64,000 nt of DNA from an uncultured Methanosarcinaceae archaeon. GTDB taxonomy: Archaea > Halobacteriota > Methanosarcinia > Methanosarcinales > Methanosarcinaceae. A model generated the notes under the pieces. The model searched no databases. It worked only from the letters and a program-made list of their open reading frames with translations, and was not told where the DNA came from. Where the stretch lies: assembly GCA_963733675.1 (NCBI GenBank), contig CAVTET010000003.1:224001-288000 (forward strand), written 5' to 3'. The first letter of the stretch is position 1; each line of letters starts with the position of its first letter. Shown piece by piece: positions 59,968-64,000 of the stretch. A program made the position numbers and the translations under genes.

Positions 59968-60472
59968 TGTTCCGTTGTAAAAAATTCAACAAAATATGTA
60001 CGTCTATAAGTGATTAATAAAAATCAAAACATTCAAGGAAAATGTACTAACATTATAAAACTATACCAAACAATTGGTTAATGTACTTGACTTCATTAAG
60101 AACAGAGTAATTTAGATCATTTACTTGTCCTTTTTTGATCATATTCATAGCTTCAATTCCTTTTAAAGTCTTATTAGCAGATCGAAATTTGTCGAATGCC
60201 TACGTTTTTAGGTAGTATTTTATCATTTTTCAGTTTATCTATAGCAGGTGGATAAGCTGGATTCTTATCAACGGTTATTACTCTTGGAATTTGACTATGA
60301 TTAGAACTCAAAGCTTTCTTAAAGAATCTCTTCGCTGCTTTTTTATCTCGTTTTGAACTTAACATGAAATCAATTGTATCTCCATCTGAGTCAACTGCTC
60401 GGTAAAAATATTCCCATTCACCTTTTTACTTTGATAGAGGTTTCATCAACTATCCATGAATCATTCATTGGT
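59968..60472 (-). mobile_element. Truncated, internally deleted IS6 copy
   Basis: Degenerate IR TGTTCCGTTGTAAAAA; homology to 20019-20600 with about 80 bp missing at 60187. Confidence 0.88.
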
Positions 60473-60687
60473 GTCATGGAGATCTCCGAAAAGTAGTCAT
60501 CAGGTTGTAGGCATCTCTTTCCTACAGCTTATAAAGTCTACTTTTTTGGTACGTCATTGATGACCATAAGACCTTAGTTATTTATTACTGTTGCCATGGT
60601 CAGGATTGAGATTCCATATTTCTAGGATACACTTGAGAAATCAGAGAGCTACATATCTCAAGGATCAAGAATTATGACTAAAATTAA

Positions 60688-61315
60688 AATCAAAGTTGCG
60701 CTGACGCACTCCGCTGCAAGCAACTGGGTATGTTCGCGCCACTGTTATGGTTGTAATGGCTATTAAAAATCGAGTATTTTCATTTGCTGATATGCTTCTT
60801 TTTCTTCCTTGTTTCCCTGATTTTCAACATAGTTTTTGATAGAATCTGAAGTTGTTCCATTTCCTATAGTTCCAATGTAACCTCCATCACTCCACAGTTC
60901 ACCACCCTAAAGCTGTTTTTTGATTTCAGGGTATTGTTTAAAGATTTATCTTGCTGTAATACTTTTTATAATTTGCATGACTTTTGAAGGAGAATACTTT
61001 GGTTCAGCTCCAACAAAAAGATGTACATGATTACCATCACTACTAATTGCATCAAACTCAAAACAGTATCATTTCACTAATTTCAAAGCATACGTTTTTC
61101 AAAAAGTTGATGAGTTCTGTCCCTAAAAAAAGATTTTTATGGTACTTCAAACAAAAAACCATGTGGTATCTTATTTTATATACACAATGGTTTACACGTC
61201 TTAGTTCCATTTACAGTACAAATGTAGCAAAAAATATAAATTTGTTATTTAACAACGGTTATCGGGGAAGTTTTCCATCCCCGCAGCAAGCTGCGGGGTA
61301 TTCGACTGAAATAAA
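60688..61315 (-). mobile_element. tnpA: IS200/IS605-family element copy 3, inactivated tnpA
   Basis: Same ends and hairpin CCCCGCAGCAAGCTGCGGGG; +1 insertion near 61071, TAA and TAG stops. Confidence 0.9.
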
Positions 61316-61687
61316 ACTAGGGAAAAAATGGTGAAGGTGTACTTTGAATAAATAGCCTAAAGTCAAGCCATATAGAGCCTTTCAACTTATATTATCACTT
61401 TTTTTCTATTTTAATTTTTTTTCCATAATAGTTTTGTATATCGGAAGTCAAATTTTGCATACATACTTTAGTTGATTTTCACAAGATGAAATTTCCTTCC
61501 CAGTAACTGCTTTGGGTCCATCATATTGCAGAAAAACTTATACAATGCCTAATTCTCAAATAACTTAATTATTTTCTGTTTTGACAAGTTCTGAATCCCT
61601 TTACACTCTCATATTCAAGATTAAACTTAAAGATGATAAGGTAAATTTCTCAATGGATTTTATGGATCTCTAAAATGATGAGTAAAT

Positions 61688-62161
61688 TTACATTTTAAAA
61701 AGACGAACATGTTCTTTTCTAAGTGAATTGAGAAGCTTTTCGTCTAATTCTGCATCATGAAGTGTTTTCACTTTAGAAAGCTGGTCAAAGGTTAAATAAT
61801 GAGCTTCTCTAAGGTTAGCTTCCTTAAGGTTAGCTCCTGTGATATCAACTCCATGAAAGTTAGCCCCTTCAAGGTTAGCCCCCTCAAGGTTAGCCCCCTC
61901 AAGGTTAGCCTCTATAAGGCTAGCTTCTGTAAGGTCAGCCAATTTAAGGTTAGCTTCTCTGAGATTACTCCATTTAAGGTTAGCTTTTCTAAGGTTAGCC
62001 TCCTCAAGGTTGGCCCATGTAAGGTTGGCCCATGTAAGGTTAGCCCATGTAAGGTTAGCCCTTATAAGGTCAACTCCTACAAGGTTAGCTCTTTTAAGGT
62101 TAGCTTCTTTAAGGTTAGTTCCTTCGAAATCAACCATGCCATAATTCCTTTCCTTTGCCAC
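61688..62161 (-). CDS. Pentapeptide repeat protein (short paralog of 43283-44011)
   Basis: M(A/E)KER(N/S)YGM N-terminus and AHYLTFDQLSKVKTL cap shared. Confidence 0.88.
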   Translation of the reverse strand: MAKERNYGMVDFEGTNLKEANLKRANLVGVDLIRANLTWANLTWANLTWANLEEANLRKANLKWSNLREANLKLADLTEASLIEANLEGANLEGANLEGANFHGVDITGANLKEANLREAHYLTFDQLSKVKTLHDAELDEKLLNSLRKEHVRLFKM

Positions 62162-62320
62162 GAAATTTTTGTTTGTCTTATATCAAGTGTGAATTAAAAT
62201 AAACATTATTATCACTGTCTTTGAATGTAGGCTTATGTCCTATTGCGGATCTCCAAGACCCTCTGGATATATGCAGTTGCTATTCTTGCTGAAGTCCTCA
62301 GACTATTAACTTCTGGTAGG

Positions 62321-62520
62321 TGTCAAAAAGTTTATCTCGTGAGCTGTGGGGGGATCCCACAGCCAATTGAAAGTCTGTTCGAAGGTATTAGAAAACCCCT
62401 AAATTAGAATAGATCTAATTTGTTATATATTTTATGTATACATTCTAAATAGTACTAACTTAAACTAATTAGTACTGAAATTGCGTGGCCTTTTATCCTA
62501 CGAACCATGACGATGATAAC
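62321..62520 (+). repeat. Dispersed non-coding element, copy C
   Basis: Hairpin GCTGTGGG/CCCACAGC, TTATATATT, AGTACTAACTTAAACTAATTAGTACT, GTGGCC. Confidence 0.75.
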
Positions 62521-63354
62521 AAGTAACTTAAGCCTTGTTTTTATTAAATGACATCAACTGCAAAAAATAGTTTTATAAGTAGCAGTTGGAAGATGCCTGC
62601 GGCCAGATAGACGACTTGGCGGATAGATCCTTAAAAAATTGGCACCCCCACCTAAAATTGGCAATGCGTCGATTTTTCTATAAAGTCACAAATCTTAATA
62701 AATTGTTGAGTAGAAAATTTCACTTCAGAAGAACTAAATTTTATTCCACATGCATAAATTTGATTCTCTATTTACAGCAATTTCAAGACACTGTCCAAAT
62801 TTCAGCAGATCACATGGAACATTACAATTACCTTTCCTTTGCTTCTGTTTCATAATTTAATTGTTTTTGGAGGTTGGAAGGAGTTTTGTTTTTGCGTTTT
62901 TTTCTCTTAGAAAAACTTTTCGGCTTTTTTTGAAAGCTAGACATTATGCTGTCTGGACGGTACCAATAATTATCTCCTCTACTCCTTTGTCAAAGATGTA
63001 TTTTAGACTCAGTAAGCGAGACTTTGTAGAGATTTCGTAGATTTAAAAATTCTCTTTCACTTTTATGCCCGACCATCCACAGGGAGAATGATATCATTCT
63101 CAAAGGTCTTACTTCTGAAAGTAGTCGAACAGCGATTGGTTAAGTTTATCTTTGGCTTCATTACTTTCTCCTTTCATAATTATCCCTTTCTTCTCGTTTT
63201 TTCACATTTTTCTGTTAGTTTCTGCTCTTTGTATGAAAGATTTTCAATCAACTCCTGTTCAAATAGATTGCTTATATATTCTTTATAAATGACTAGCCGA
63301 AATTCAAATTTTATCTAAATACTCTTTTAATTCTCAGGAAAACAAAATTTATCC

Positions 63355-64000
63355 TCAAGCAGATTTTTTTCGTTTCCATGCATCCACCACTTCAAGCAGT
63401 TCTACAGGCTTTTCGAACTTTACCTCAACTTTTCCCTCATAGACTTCCCCATTTGTACCATCCAAACTTATCACGTCCCCTTCCATGAACTCTTTTCCTC
63501 CTATGTTACATTTCCTGCCACCTGGATCAAGTTTGAGCTCCCGGCAGTTGACAATACAGACTTTGCCCATCTGGCGAGCTATAACGGCTGCATGAGCAGT
63601 TCTGGCGCCGCTGGATGCTAGGAGGCCTGCAGAAGCGTGAATTCCTAGAAGGTCATCAGGAGTGAGGATTTCCCGAACAAGAATCACAGCTTCTCCAGGA
63701 GCATAGCTCTTTGCCCTCTCACTGCTAAACGCAATCTTTCCTATAGCAACCCCACTTGACGCAGAATCACCTTTTGCCAAGATGGGTTTATCAGTCATGA
63801 TTTTCTGTACTGAAATAGAATTCAGGTCTAACCCTTCCAGCTTTCGTAGAGCCTCTTCAGTGGAAATAAGTCCCTCTCCTACAAGGTCGACTGCGATTCT
63901 CAAGGCTGCCATTGGAGAACGTTTTCCATTGCGACTTTGGAGGATGTAGAGTTTTCCTTCTTCGACAGTGAATTCAATGTCCTGCATATCCTTGAAATGG
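63355..64000 (-). CDS. ppdK: Pyruvate phosphate dikinase-like protein, 3' part (5' outside window)
   Basis: MQDIEFTVEEGKLYILQSRNGKRS; phospho-His domain GARTAHAAVIARQMGKVC; SLDGTNGEVY. Confidence 0.85.
   Translation of the reverse strand, partial: HFKDMQDIEFTVEEGKLYILQSRNGKRSPMAALRIAVDLVGEGLISTEEALRKLEGLDLNSISVQKIMTDKPILAKGDSASSGVAIGKIAFSSERAKSYAPGEAVILVREILTPDDLLGIHASAGLLASSGARTAHAAVIARQMGKVCIVNCRELKLDPGGRKCNIGGKEFMEGDVISLDGTNGEVYEGKVEVKFEKPVELLEVVDAWKRKKSA

Overview
AT-rich archaeal chromosomal window, most consistent with Methanosarcina. The taxonomic call is inferred from gene content and protein styles. One intact housekeeping block is present (trmY-pus10-rpl21e-rpoF-DUF655-rsmA/ksgA), plus tRNA-Leu(TAA). 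The surrounding accessory DNA is heavily decayed. Frameshifted or truncated genes include xth, a DEAD/DEAH helicase, dinB, mgtA, an ABC ATPase, an lpdA-like oxidoreductase, acr3, two radical-SAM genes and a RelBE-type toxin-antitoxin pair. Mobile DNA comprises three IS6 copies plus an IS6-like MITE, four IS200-type remnants and older ISH3/IS1634-like fossils. Four pentapeptide-repeat paralogs share a C-terminal cap. The main unexplained signal is a dispersed non-coding element of about 200-270 bp (about 6 copies) with a covarying hairpin, a TATA-like box and an ACTAATTAGT palindrome. Other oddities are tandem pseudo-tRNA-Leu copies, in-frame amber codons in an antitoxin and in IS200 tnpA, and IS6-bounded radical-SAM relics. 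No CRISPR array or rRNA was seen.
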